DNA of 64,000 bases, from the NCBI GenBank assembly GCA_038087875.1, contig CM075978.1, positions 165,602,001 through 165,666,000 of the forward strand, written 5' to 3'. This document shows positions 27,045 through 38,549 of the stretch, piece after piece; the first letter of the stretch is position 1; each line of letters begins with the position of its first letter. Source of the stretch: Malacoraja senta. Its lineage: Eukaryota. The notes beneath the pieces are model-generated. The model did no database searches, had not been told where the DNA came from, and saw only the letters and a program-made list of their open reading frames with translations. A program made the translations under genes and the position numbers.

Positions 27045-27342
27045 TTAGTTTAGTTTAGTTTAGCTTAGAGATGCAGTGTGGAAACAGGCCCTTCGGCCCA
27101 CCGGGACCACGCCAACCAACAATCACTAGTTCTATGTTATCCAACACACAAGGACCAATTTTACAGAAGCAAATTAACATGCACCCCTGCACGTCTTTGG
27201 AATGTGGAAAGAAATGGGAGGACCCAGAGCAAACCCATGTGTTCACAGGGAGAAGGTACGGACAGCATCCATGGTCAGAAGTGAACCTAGGTCTCTGGCA
27301 GTGTGAGGCAGTATCTCTGCAGCTGCGCCACTATGCCACCCT
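27045..27342 (-). mobile_element. HE1-like V-SINE
   Basis: As above; partial copies also at 21437-21600(+), 26430-26515(-), 32484-32672(+). Confidence 0.8.
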
Positions 27343-30134
27343 CAAATTATTATAAAGCTGGGTCTTTTAGTAGAAAGTTGGGAATGCAGTGAGATGAGAA
27401 GCCACAAAAACTTCCAAAAAGTGGGTGAAAGATTTTGGGCATTATTGATATCAAAATTAATGCTACAGTCACATATGAGGTACCATTGCTTTGGATCATA
27501 GATTTACAAAACAAGAACCACTTTGTTTAAACCTGATGGTGTGATGGAACAATAATCTTACTTCAGACTATGGTCCTGGTGATCTTTCAGTGTTTTCTCA
27601 GAATGATCAGCGTCATCTCTTGGGAAACGGAACAATTGAACGTCAGATTGGTTAGTGGGAGGAAGGGATAAGTAAACGATAGAAGTAACGAATGAAATGG
27701 TTGCCGGAACTTTAGGACAGAAGGACGTTGCTCGAGGAGGCAGCCAAGAACAAATTTAAAGACAATGCAGTACATTTAATGGATGACAGGGAGCCAGTGT
27801 AAAGGACAAGAGTACTGAGTGAGCTGGACTTTGTATAGGACGGAATACAAGCAGCAGTGTTGATATATAATGGAAGGACACCAAGGAGAGATTTAGAATA
27901 ATTTAGGCAGAGGGAAGAGACAAACCGTGTCAATGGATGGGGGAAAGATGAATGACGCAATATGGGATCGAGGAGGATAATTGGAGGATCTTCCACCGTG
28001 ACACGTGTGCTAATTCCAAGCATTATTCCTGTATTCCTGGAGACATCCCACTGTCCAGAGCGGGAGCTGTCTCCATTGGCAGTGGTGTTTCTGACCGACT
28101 GCTTGTGATGTCAGATGTCTCTCCTTATGAAGAGCAACAGGGCAGCAGGATCTCCCAGCACCAGTTGTTTTCTTAACTGCGCGGTTGCACTTTATAGCTT
28201 TTAAAAGAACATTATGTAATTATGTTTTGTATGCCTTCCACATTACTGAACGTTAATGAATTTCAAAGACATTGAAAATGTTCAATGGCCCCAACTACAT
28301 TGAAGGCATGGACAGCTTGGGATCTGTGGATAGGGCTTCCCTGCTTGTCAATCTGTTCTAACAATGCAGCCAACATCTGTTTCTTTGCCTGCTCCTTTCC
28401 GCTCCTCAGTATGCACATTTCCAATCCCCAAGTCCCTATTTGCTTTTCGTTACCCCCCCCCCCCCCCCCCCCATCCCATTCCACCCTCAATCCCCCTCTG
28501 GTTTAACATTTCACTCCTCCTTTTCTTTCCTTACCTGACACCCTTTTGTCTCCATTTTACCTCCAGCCTTTGTCACCATCTCCACCCATTTGCCAATCCA
28601 CCTCTCCCTCTCACCTGTAACCACCTATCACTTGCCAAGCTTCGCCCCATCCCCATCTCTTTTCCAGTTTTTTCCTCTTTACTACACTCAGTCTGAAGAA
28701 GGGTCCCAACTCAAAACATCGCATGTATATTCCCTCCAGAGATACTGCCTGATCTGTTGAGTTTCTCCAGCACTATGTTTTTTTGCTGCATCTGCTGTTC
28801 CTTGTGTCTCTATTCCTTGATAGCCCTATCGCTGCAGGGGCTATGCCAAGGTCCCTAGAACCATGCTCTTAACAATAGAATGTGCTGGAGGCAATACTGA
28901 AACAAATATTGAGGTCCAATTATAGGAAGCATTAATTTCAGGGCAAAATAATATCTGCCCTCTACAATCCACAAACATATTAATCTACGGCTCATGCCCA
29001 AAGATATCTGACTTCTCCATTTCATGAGTCTTACCATTTCATCATTTTAATGATTCCACAAAAGGTCACCTTGTCTGCAGCAGCAGGAGCCCTTCTTCAA
29101 GATCTCCTCTGTAGAATGTTCCTCCTCTGCATTGCCTGTTTGCACTTTGGCTGAAAGGAAATCTGTCCGGAGTTTGTAGTGGTAAAAAACAGCCCTAACC
29201 AGTTAAATTAGATGAGAATGGGGTGGGTTGGGGGGAGCAAACAAAAGGATTACCATGTTTTGGGCTCTTTCTTCTGTCTTGGAGGGTCAACATACTTTCA
29301 CTAAATGCATTTTTTAATTGTAGTGCAGGAACCCGTTTTAATTGTGTCATAACTGCATTCAGCCCCGGCTTCCGATGCCACCCACAACTTGCAAACTGCA
29401 CCAGCAAGCACTTCTTCACCCATCACATGATCCGGTTGACACGGCTGTTGTTACTGCCCACGTTGTAGCCCCTGGGGACACCGCTTTCTTCAGGCTGCTG
29501 CCACCGACCGGAGGTGCTCGGTCACCATGAGGCTTCCTCCTCTCTCACCAGCTGCTGCTTCTTCCTGTCGACTGTCACTTTGTCCACTCCCCTCTTCATC
29601 ACCGCCTCCTCCTTTTGCTCTGTCCGCTCCACCTCTCTCCCCCTCCACCCGCCACCTCCTCCTCCTTCTCCCCTCGCCAACGTCCTTGGTACATGCTGGT
29701 GACTAAAGGAGAGAAGAAAGAGTAGGAGGCAGCGGTGGAGCGGGGAGTGGACAGGAAGAAGCGGCAGCTGGTGAGAGGGGAGAGAGCCCCAGGTGGGCAA
29801 GCACGTCCTGTCATTGGCAATGCCCTGAACAAAATGCTGTCTGCAGGGGCTACAATGTGGGCCACAACAACAGCCGTGTCTATGCACTGCGCGGTGTGTT
29901 AATCAGGCCTCGTTGGTGCAGACCAGCAGCATTGGCACCGAATTGTAAAGTGGAACGACACAAAGCGCTGGAGTAACTCAGCAAACTGAATCAGTCCGAA
30001 GAAGGATCCCAAAGTCACTTATCCATGTCCTCCAGAGATGCTGCCTGACCCACTGAATTACTCCAGCACTTTGTGTCCTTCAGTGTATTAACCATCATCT
30101 GCAGTTCTTTGTTTCAACCACACACAATGATATA

Positions 30135-30215
30135 CCTTACTCGCTTATAGCGGACAATCGACAAGAACAGACACCATTCCCCTCCCCTATGGTCCGTTAT
30201 AATGAGCGTTTACTG
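30135..30215. mobile_element. Tigger/pogo-like transposon terminus
   Basis: ggtccgttataatgagcgtttactg|TA with an internal repeat cgcttatagcggac; partner end not found. Confidence 0.5.
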
Positions 30216-30665
30216 TACTGTGAAACTTGAATGTTCTTTGAAATGAAACAAGTAAAACAACATCAGGATCCAGTACTTAATGCTATTTATACAAGATCAT
30301 TAACGCTACTACATCTATTTGTATCTTATTGATTGGAACAGTTGTACTGCACCCAATTACACCATACTTTAATCCTACAGGGCACATTAGGAAAGAAAGA
30401 GAATAATGCATTATAATAGAAAACATTTTGCATGTACATTTCATCTGTAATGTTAATTATATCAGGAACCACACTTGGCAGTGTGTTTAGGAAGCAAAGG
30501 AAACAAAGAATAATTGTTGAAATCCAGGCGAAGTAATGAGTATTGTCTTGAATTATACCTGTGAGATACCTTGGAGTGTTAAAGCTGATATATAATTCCA
30601 AGATAGACAAAAATGCTGGAGAAACTCAGCAGGTGAGGCAGCATCTATGGAGCTAAGGAATAGGC

Positions 30666-30693
30666 GACGTTTCGGATCGAGACCCTTCTTCAG
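30666..30693 (-). ncRNA. Minimal type I hammerhead ribozyme core (representative copy)
   Basis: CUGAAGA-A-GGGU-CUCG-AUCC-GAAAC-GUC; loopless palindromic helix III (ACGU) as in PLE hammerheads; helix I weak. Other intact cores on - strand: 17384-17410, 24586-24613, 33254-33281, 34777-34804. Confidence 0.65.
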
Positions 30694-30794
30694 ACTGATG
30701 TGGGGGCGGGGGGTGGGAAGAAGAAAGGAAGAGGCGGAGACAGTGGGCTGTGGGAAAGCTGGGAAGGGGAGGAGAAGGAAGGAGAAAGCAAGGA

Positions 30795-31198
30795 CTACCT
30801 GAAATTGGAGAAGTCAATGTTCATACCGTTGGGGTGTAAACTACCCAAGCAAAATATGAGATGCTGCTCCTCTAATTTACGGTGGGACTCACGCTGGCCA
30901 TGGAGGATGCCCAGAACAGAAAGGAAGGATTTGGAATGGGAGGGGGAGTTGAAGTGCTGAGCCACCAGGAGATCTGGTTGGTTATTGCAAACTGAGCGAA
31001 AGTGTTGGGCGAAGCGATCGCCAAGCCTGCGCTTGGTCTCACCGATGTAGAGCAGTTGACACCTGGAACAGCGGATGCAATAGATGAGGTTGGAGGAGAT
31101 GCAGGTGAACCTCTGCCTCACCTGGAAAGACTGCTTGGGTCCTTGGATAGAGTCGTGAAGGGAGGTAAAGCGACATGTGTAGCATTTCCTGCAGTTGC
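30795..31198 (-). pseudogene. Penelope GIY-YIG endonuclease domain remnant
   Basis: CNCRKCYTC linker, NLIYCIRCSRCQLLYIGETKRRLGDRFAQH...VAQHFN...RKLEEQHLIFCLGSLHPNGMN. Confidence 0.85.
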
Positions 31199-31199
31199 A

Positions 31200-32050
31200 A
31201 AGGACAAAGGGACAAAGGGACAAAGGACATGTATTGTCACATACACCAATTGGTGCAGTGAAATTTGAGTTACCATGCAGCACACAAATAAGATAAACAC
31301 AACACTATAGAATTTAACATTAAACATAAAAACATCCCCCACAGCGGAATCAACGTTTCCCATTGTGAGGGAAGGCAATAAAGTTCAGTCCTCTTCCTCC
31401 TCTTCACGCGTGGTCGGGGCCTATTGAGGCCTCCGCAGTCGCCGCGATGGGCGACCCGATGTTTCAGGCCCTCTTGCCGGATGATGGAACTCCGGCGTCG
31501 GAAGAACACTCTCAGCGGCTTGGAGTTCCGAATTGGCCGCTTTCTACCAGAGACCGCGGCTCCTGAAGGCCGAGCTGGGCGGAGCTCCAACACTGGCGAC
31601 CTCGGCGAAAGATCCCAGGACTCCGCGATGTGAAAGTCAGCTCCGACCGCGGCTGGAAGCTCCGCAGACCACAGCTCCACGGTGTTCAAGTCGGCAGGCC
31701 CAACACTCCGGAGCTTCCAACATGGCGACCTCGGAAAGTCATCGCCTGCTCCGCGATGGTACTTCAGTGCTGCGCCGCTGCTGAAGCTCTGGCCGGTCTC
31801 CGGCAGGAAAGGCCACGCCAATCCAGATGGTAGGCCGCAAGGAGGGGGCGAAGATGTGGCTCGGAGGAAAGATGCATCCTCGACCAGGTAGCGACAGTGA
31901 AAAACAGTTTCCCCCTTCCCCCCCAGCCCCCACATAAAAAGACTAAAAGACCTCCAAAACAAAATCTTTGACAGACTAAAAATAAAAAAACGATGAAAAG
32001 ACAAACAGTTGCAGGCGAGGCTGCCACACTAGATGGAGCCACCACTCAAG
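31200..32050 (-). mobile_element. Non-coding ~850-bp retroelement with Rex/Babar-like tail (copy 1)
   Basis: (CCCTTTGT)n tail, TGCACC-AATT-GGTGTA hairpin + gacaat; same architecture as 59351-60675. Confidence 0.65.
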
Positions 32051-33191
32051 TACCAGGGAAGGTACCAGGGGAGGGGGAGGTTTGGGTGGGAAGGGATGAA
32101 TTGACCAGGGAGTTACGGAGGGTCAGAGTGAATCCCACCGCAAATTGGAGGAACAGCACCTCATATTTCCTTTGGGTAGTTTACACCCCAGCGGTATGAA
32201 CATTGACTTCTCCAATTTCAGGCAGTCCTTGCTTTCTCCTTCCTTCCCCTCCTCTTCCCAGCTCTCCCATAGCCTACTGTCTCCGCCTCTTCCCCCGACA
32301 TCAGTCTGAAGAAGGGTCTCGACCCGAAACATCGCCTATTCCTTCGCTCCATAGATGCTGCCTCACCCGCTGAGTTTCTCCAGCATTTTTGTCTACCTTC
32401 GATTTTTCCAGCATCTGCAGTTCTTTCTTAAACATATATAGTTCCAAGATAATGTTGTGAAAAGTCACATTTTTATAGCCATTTGGGCGCACAGTGGCGC
32501 AGGGGTAGAGTTGCTGCTTTGCAGCGTTTACAGCGCTGGAGACCCGGGTTCAATCCCGACTACGGGTGCTGTCTGTATGGAGTTTGTACGTTCTCCCTGT
32601 CTCTCCATGGGATTTCTCGAGATCTTCAGTTTCCTCCCACACTCCAAAGATGTACAGATTTGTAGGTTAATTTCAAGAGAGAGTTAGATGTAGCTCTTAG
32701 GGCTAAGGGAATCAAGGGATATGGGGACTGATTTTGGATGATCAGCCATGATCATATTGGCTCGAAGGGCCGAATGGCCTACTCCTGCATCTATTTTCTA
32801 TGTTTCTATCTATGTTTCTATGTTTTCTATCCTAGCAGGATAAATTTGGGATTAAGAATAATATTTTCAACAATAATTTTTGCTGTTGTTGGTTGCTCAG
32901 GTCATAACTTAGGTTAATATTTTTGTCTTTATTCAAAAAAATATGCATTAAAATATTCATATTTGTTAATGGGCAAAGACTGTCTGGAATAAATCGATGG
33001 CAGTATGATGACAAAGAGTAACATGCTGGAGGTCAAAATTAGCTCCATTTAATGTACGCATAGAGTTACTGCACAGCTTCAAAGGTGCCAGGATTGAAGG
33101 ACATTTCTTAGAAATGATTGATTTGAGGTTGAAAACTGATGATGCTGGTTTTAAATGCCAGGGCTGCAGTTAAAATCTAATTTAGTATCAT

Positions 33192-33326
33192 AGACACAAA
33201 ATGCTGGAGTAACTCAGTGGGACAGGCAGCATCTCTGGAGATAAGGAATGGGTGACGTTTCGGGTCAAGACCCTTCTTCAGATGTTTTGAGTCTATCTTC
33301 AGTTTAAACCTACAATTCCTTCTTAC
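33192..33326. mobile_element. Penelope-derived mini-element
   Basis: Intact hammerhead core; TSD CTAAT(T/G)T(A/G)GTATCAT. Confidence 0.75.
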
Positions 33327-33664
33327 ACTAATGTGGTATCATGATCTGAAAGTATCACCACTCTCATTCTCCCTTCCTCTTTTTCCCTCTCACTTCATCA
33401 TTTTCACTCTAATTCTCACTTTCATTTTCTTACATGTTCTCTCTCAATCTCTGGTTCTTTTCTCTCTGACGCCAATATTACCAAATGAGAGTTGATATTT
33501 ATTACAGTGGAAACTACTGTAATTGATTTCTTCCTGCATTAAATAAAATTTCTTAGTAGACTTCAACATTTGAAAAAATGGAACATATGAGCAGAATTGC
33601 ATTGTGTGGTTAAATTTATTGCTCTGCTCCAGAAAATATGTCATTTAGTTGCATTTAGTGCAGG

Positions 33665-34102
33665 ATGTTACAGGGAATTGTAGGTCTGAATTATAAGGAG
33701 AGGCTGGATAGGCTGGGATGTTTTGCCTTGGAGCGTCGGAGGCTGAGGGGTGACCTTATTGAAGTATACAAAATCATAAGTGGATAAAGTGAACACTCAC
33801 AAACTTTTATCCTGGGTGGAGGATTCTAAAGCAAGAGGTCGTAGGCTTAAGGTGAGAGGGAGAGATTTTAAGAGGGATCTCAGGTGTATGTTTTTCACGC
33901 AGAGCGTATTTTGTTTCTGGAATGTGCTGCCAGAGAAAAACTTTAGCAATGGACACAATTACACATCTCAAAGCACATTTAGACAGATATATGGATAGGA
34001 AGGTTTGCGATGGATATGGGCCAATTGTCAATCCCAACTTTGTCAGCATGGACAAGGTGGGTCGATGGGCATGTTTCCATTTGGTTTAATTGTATGACTC
34101 TA
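33665..34102 (+). mobile_element. CR1 (HER1-like) 3' fragment
   Basis: LERRRLRGDLIEVYKI motif; 3' tail resembles V-SINE tails. Related fragments: 32673-32830(+), 36280-36590(-), 43193-43310(-), 43465-43748(+). Confidence 0.75.
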
Positions 34103-35481
34103 AGATCCTACCCATGGTATTTTTGTGAGGAAATGAAGAAGGCATTTTACACCTTTGCATTGCAATGGAACTGAGAATTATTGCACAATGTCATTGGCTG
34201 TATGACATTTGGAGCTATCTTTCTCAATGTTAATGGTTAGAATTTGCAACCAGCTTCTCTCTAAATGAACCTGCGCAATACATAATTCTCTGGGTGCCTA
34301 TTTAACTCGCAAAAATTGCTAATACTTGAACTCATTCATCTAAAATAGCACTGGTTGGTTACTGAGACTGACACAAGCCTCACTGTTTGAAACCATATTA
34401 TAGTGAAATTTATACAATGCTTGTCAGCGTTGAGTAGCAGTGTCAGTTGCATTTGAAGCCACAGATGTGACAGTCCATCAGTTAACTCCTGACCTGAGGA
34501 TTTCATGTAGCTTGGAATTTTTGAAATCAATATGATAGTGGAAACAGAGTTGAAGCAAAAGAGGGAAAAGGTGGATGAAGGGAAAACATTAAAAAAGTAA
34601 GGTTTGGCTCTTTTATTGCACATGAGTTTACTACAAATTCATTTGATAATAAATCAATCAGCATTATTACCACTGCTAGGGAAAATGCATTCAAAGTATC
34701 ACACAGATACATTAAGGCACAAAAAGCTGGAGTAACTCAGTGGGCCAGGCAGCATCTCTGGAGAGAAGGAATGGGTGACGTTTCGGGTTGAGACCCTTCT
34801 TCAGACTGGTTAGGGATAAGGGAAACGAGAGATATAGACGGTGATGTGGACTAAGGCTGTTGCTTGAATTCAGATACAAACTTATCTGGTTATTTGAAAG
34901 AGCATCATTCAAATTGTAGAAAAGACCTCCAACTCTTTTGTGCAACATTACAACTGATAATTATCTTGTTTTTGCATTTACAAGGCATTTTATGTTGATA
35001 GTGAGGTTGGCTCTCTGGTCAAGTAATGATTAGTTTGCTGGATGATATTTAATTTATTGGAAGTGACCACATGTTTAATCAAAGATCTTGTGCCAAGTTA
35101 ATATCAAATGTGATGCTTTACCATCGCTGTCTATCACCATGAAATCTACAAGAGGATAGAAGTGATCAGCACTTCTACACACTTTGAGTTATTGACATCA
35201 ACTTGTCTTAATGTGTGTGCATGTTGACTTCAAATGAATAATATGTTACTGGCTCTTTGGCCTGGATTTTACAATCAGCAGGAAAGGATTGTTGTTTGTG
35301 GCCGACCTTGAAAATGACCTATATAGTTTTAGCAGGTGCCAGAGTATTGATTTCCTCATTTCCGTTATCAATTTCAACTCTGTGCCATCAATCAGGCCCT
35401 GTTGCAAGGCAGGTGGCAGGGAGACCAATTAGCCAATTGGACTGATGAATACTTCCAGCCAACAAAGCAGGAGGTTTTGAG

Positions 35482-35673
35482 CAGGTAGGAACTGCAGATG
35501 CTGGTTTAAACCAAAGATAGACCCAAAATGCTGGAGTAACTCAGTGGGACAGACAATATCTTTGGAGAGAAGGAATAGGTGACTTTTTGGGTCTTGACCC
35601 AACACATCACCCATTCCTTCGCTCCAGAGATGCTGCCTGTCCCGCTGTTACTCCAGCATTTTGTTTCTATCTT
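35482..35673. mobile_element. Penelope-derived inverted mini-element
   Basis: TSD AGGA(G/T)GTTTTGAG. Further copies near 7235, 7500, 9890, 17150, 17325, 26230, 28450-28810, 29955, 34715, 37785, 38560-38830, 53160, 55300, 55820, 56262, 56537, 56730, 59150. Confidence 0.75.
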
Positions 35674-35780
35674 AGGATGTTTTGAGTGATTTTAGGCAAT
35701 GAGGCTCCACAGTTGTAAAATTAGCCTTTCAGTAGGGGGATATTCAGCACTAATTATGACTTCATCATTATGACTTCATA

Positions 35781-36092
35781 GGGGTAGCTCAGTGGTGCAT
35801 CTGGTAGAGCTGCTGCGTCACAACGCTAGAAACGCTGGTTCAATCTTGACCTCGAGTGCTGTCTGTGTGGAGTTTGCATGTTCTCCCGCGTAAGTTTCCT
35901 CCAGGTGCTCCGGTTTCTTCCCACATCCTGAAGACATGTAGGTTTATTGGACTCTGTAAAATGCCCCTAAAGTAGAGGGAGTGGATGCATGTGGGATAAC
36001 GTAGAACTAGTGTGAATGGGTGATCATGAACTCTGTGAGCTGAAGAACTCTGTGAGCTGAAATTCCATGCTGTATCTTTCATTCAATCAATC
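35781..36092 (+). mobile_element. HE1-like V-SINE
   Basis: As above. Confidence 0.8.
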
Positions 36093-38137
36093 CACAAAAA
36101 CTCTTGACTGAGTATTTTCTAAGGTGTGTACAGTGGGAACAGTGTTTGAAGTTCCTAGCAAGTTATTTATTTTCAATTGATTCAATCTACAGAGATTCCA
36201 GCAAAAGATTCTGTGGAGAACCAGGATTTAACTAATGAACCAGGATTTTAGCTTATCTTTGTTCATTTTGAATATCCAACAGTACAGCACAGCACAGGAA
36301 CAGGCCCTTTGGATCACAATGTGTGTGCCGAACATAATGTCGAGGCCAACTCTTTTCTGCCTGAATATAATCCATATCCCTCCATTCCCTGCATATCCAT
36401 CTGCATATCCAAAGGTCTTTTGAATACCACTATCATACCTGCCTCCATCAACATCCCTAGCAGCATGTTCTAGGCACTCTCCAACTCTGTGTATAAAATA
36501 AAAGTGCCCATGCATTTATTTTAAACTTTGCCTCTCTCACCTTTATGGGCTTTAGTATTTGATATTTCCATCCAGGGAAAACGATTCTGACTGCAGATGC
36601 TAAACATTGCTGCTTGTTTTAAACAGTAACAGCGGTGACCTGACTCCCTGTGGTTATTGCAGCTGCAAAGTCAAAGCCAGTGGCAATCCTTGGTGTTTAG
36701 AATATTTCACCGGTCCCCACCCAATCTCAGGTTTGATCAAATTTCTCATCTATGTCTCGAGATTTGATTCTTCAAAATCCATTGCAGAATTAAGGATGAC
36801 TCACAAATTTCTCCTGATAACTCCTGAATCCGCACCTTTCCTCCTCAGCTTGCAGGAGAGCAGGCTCTTTTCCTTTGCATAGTAAAGAAGTGTTGTGCTT
36901 TGGACATTTGCCAATGCATTAACTCGGCCACCTGTCCTGTAGTGTTCCAGTGTCAGAACACTCAGTGTATGATGTGAATTGTATTGTTGGCGAGCAGTTA
37001 CACATTGTCATAGTGAAAGGATTTGAATATTGTTCCCCCGGTTGTGAACAGTTTGCAGAGAACAGAATCTGGTGAATGGAACTACCAATGGACTTGTATT
37101 ATTTTGCCTTTGCCTGCTAAGACACAGGTGTTCATGGTGAATGCGTTCACAGTGGCTGACGTGTTAGTATTCTTAACTATTTGCCCATTTGTAGCAGGTG
37201 ATTCTGATACGCAGCATGCCATATGTTTCACTCTTCATGCACAGCACATATGCTACTTAATAGTCTAATTCTGAGTGGCCCCCTGTGGATTAAAACACAT
37301 AATATTCTCCATATTCCAGAACCAAATACTCTCCCTCTTCAGAATAGGAAAGCAGCCAACAAATCTAAGGATTCAGTCCTTCTCCTTCACTGCCCTGGCA
37401 CATCTGTTAACTCAATGAGGAAATTATTGCTGGCCAACAAATAGTTGCAAAGCTGCGAGAGAAACAAAGAGAAAATTCCAGCATGCTCTGTGTTTGTTGT
37501 TATATAGACTATAAAAGTATTTTGCAATAGCAACATTACTAATCCACCCTGGCACCAAAGGCAACACACGAGGGTTCAAAACGGAAAATTGTAATGTTGC
37601 TTCCTACCAAATCCACATTGAGTAAAGATTAGTGAATCTCACGTGCACATGTGGTTGGTGGCATGGTCCATTAAACTCTGTAATTCTGAAGGATCAAGTG
37701 CTTTGGAGTCAAAGATTCATTATGTTGTACAGCACAGAAACAGGCCTTTCGGCCCACAATATCCATGTCACCCTTTGTACCGGAGGAATCATGAGAGGTT
37801 AGAGTAGGTAAGCGGAGTGGAAATGTTGAGACGGTTGATATCTGAAGAAGGGTCTCGACCCGTAACGTCACCCATTCTTTCTCTCCAGAGATACTGCCTG
37901 TCCCTCTGAGTTACCCCAGCATTTCGTGTCGATCACCTTTTGTACCTATCTTCACTAATCCCATTTGCTCAAATTAGGTTCAAAACCAATCGTGTCCTGC
38001 ACATATCTATGTGTTTATTGTATCACATGAGAGCATCTACACATACCTTCAATAATAACAAATATGTGTAGATAAACTTAGTGTTGGCTCTTGAGCTTGG
38101 ACATTTTCTATGGGAGATTAAGTATAGTACATAGGTA

Positions 38138-38549
38138 ACTAAAGGGGCCTAGCCCCGAAAACAAGCATAAGCGAAAGATGGCTGCAATACAGGCCTGGCA
38201 GAGCATCACCAGAGAAGACACTCAGCAACTGGTGATGTCCATGAATCGCAGACCAAGCAGTCATTGCATGCAAAGGATATGCAACAAAATACTAAACATG
38301 ACTACTTTCATTTACATGACATTGCTGTGTCCCAAACATTATGGTGCCCTGGAATGGGGGTCTATGTATAAACACTGCTGTAATTTCGACATGGCGAAAC
38401 CAAAATGTATAAAAATGGGCTTTATTAAAATCTGACAATGTGCACTTTAACCACATGTGATTTTTTTCTATTACAAATCTGAAATTGTGGAGTACAGAGG
38501 CAAATAAATAAATGATGGATCTTTGTCCCAAACATTACAGAGGGCACTG
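38138..38549 (+). mobile_element. Tc1 transposon 3' fragment (IR/DR type)
   Basis: AAIQAWQSITREDTQQLVMSMNRR..AVIACKGYATKY*; repeated TGTCCCAAACATTA; ends CACTG|TA. Confidence 0.85.

Larger units (their letters stand above)
30606..32433. mobile_element. Penelope-like element (Neptune-type GIY-YIG), 5'-truncated with inverted pLTR segment
   Basis: Minus-strand part 30606-32121 plus inverted plus-strand copy 32122-32433; TSD ATATATA(A/G)TTCCAAGATA at 30588-605 / 32434-451; hammerhead cores at 30666-30693(-) and 32306-32333(+); interrupted by a non-coding element at ~31200-32050. Confidence 0.85.

Noticed and set aside
26520-28180. Unique-looking purine/pyrimidine-skewed stretches as novel elements
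   Set aside because: Most likely very old LINE remnants; too decayed to call.
31270-32004. 244-aa ORF as a protein gene
   Set aside because: Stop-poor GC-rich repeat interior; no recognisable domain and not preserved in the related copy at 60044-60675.
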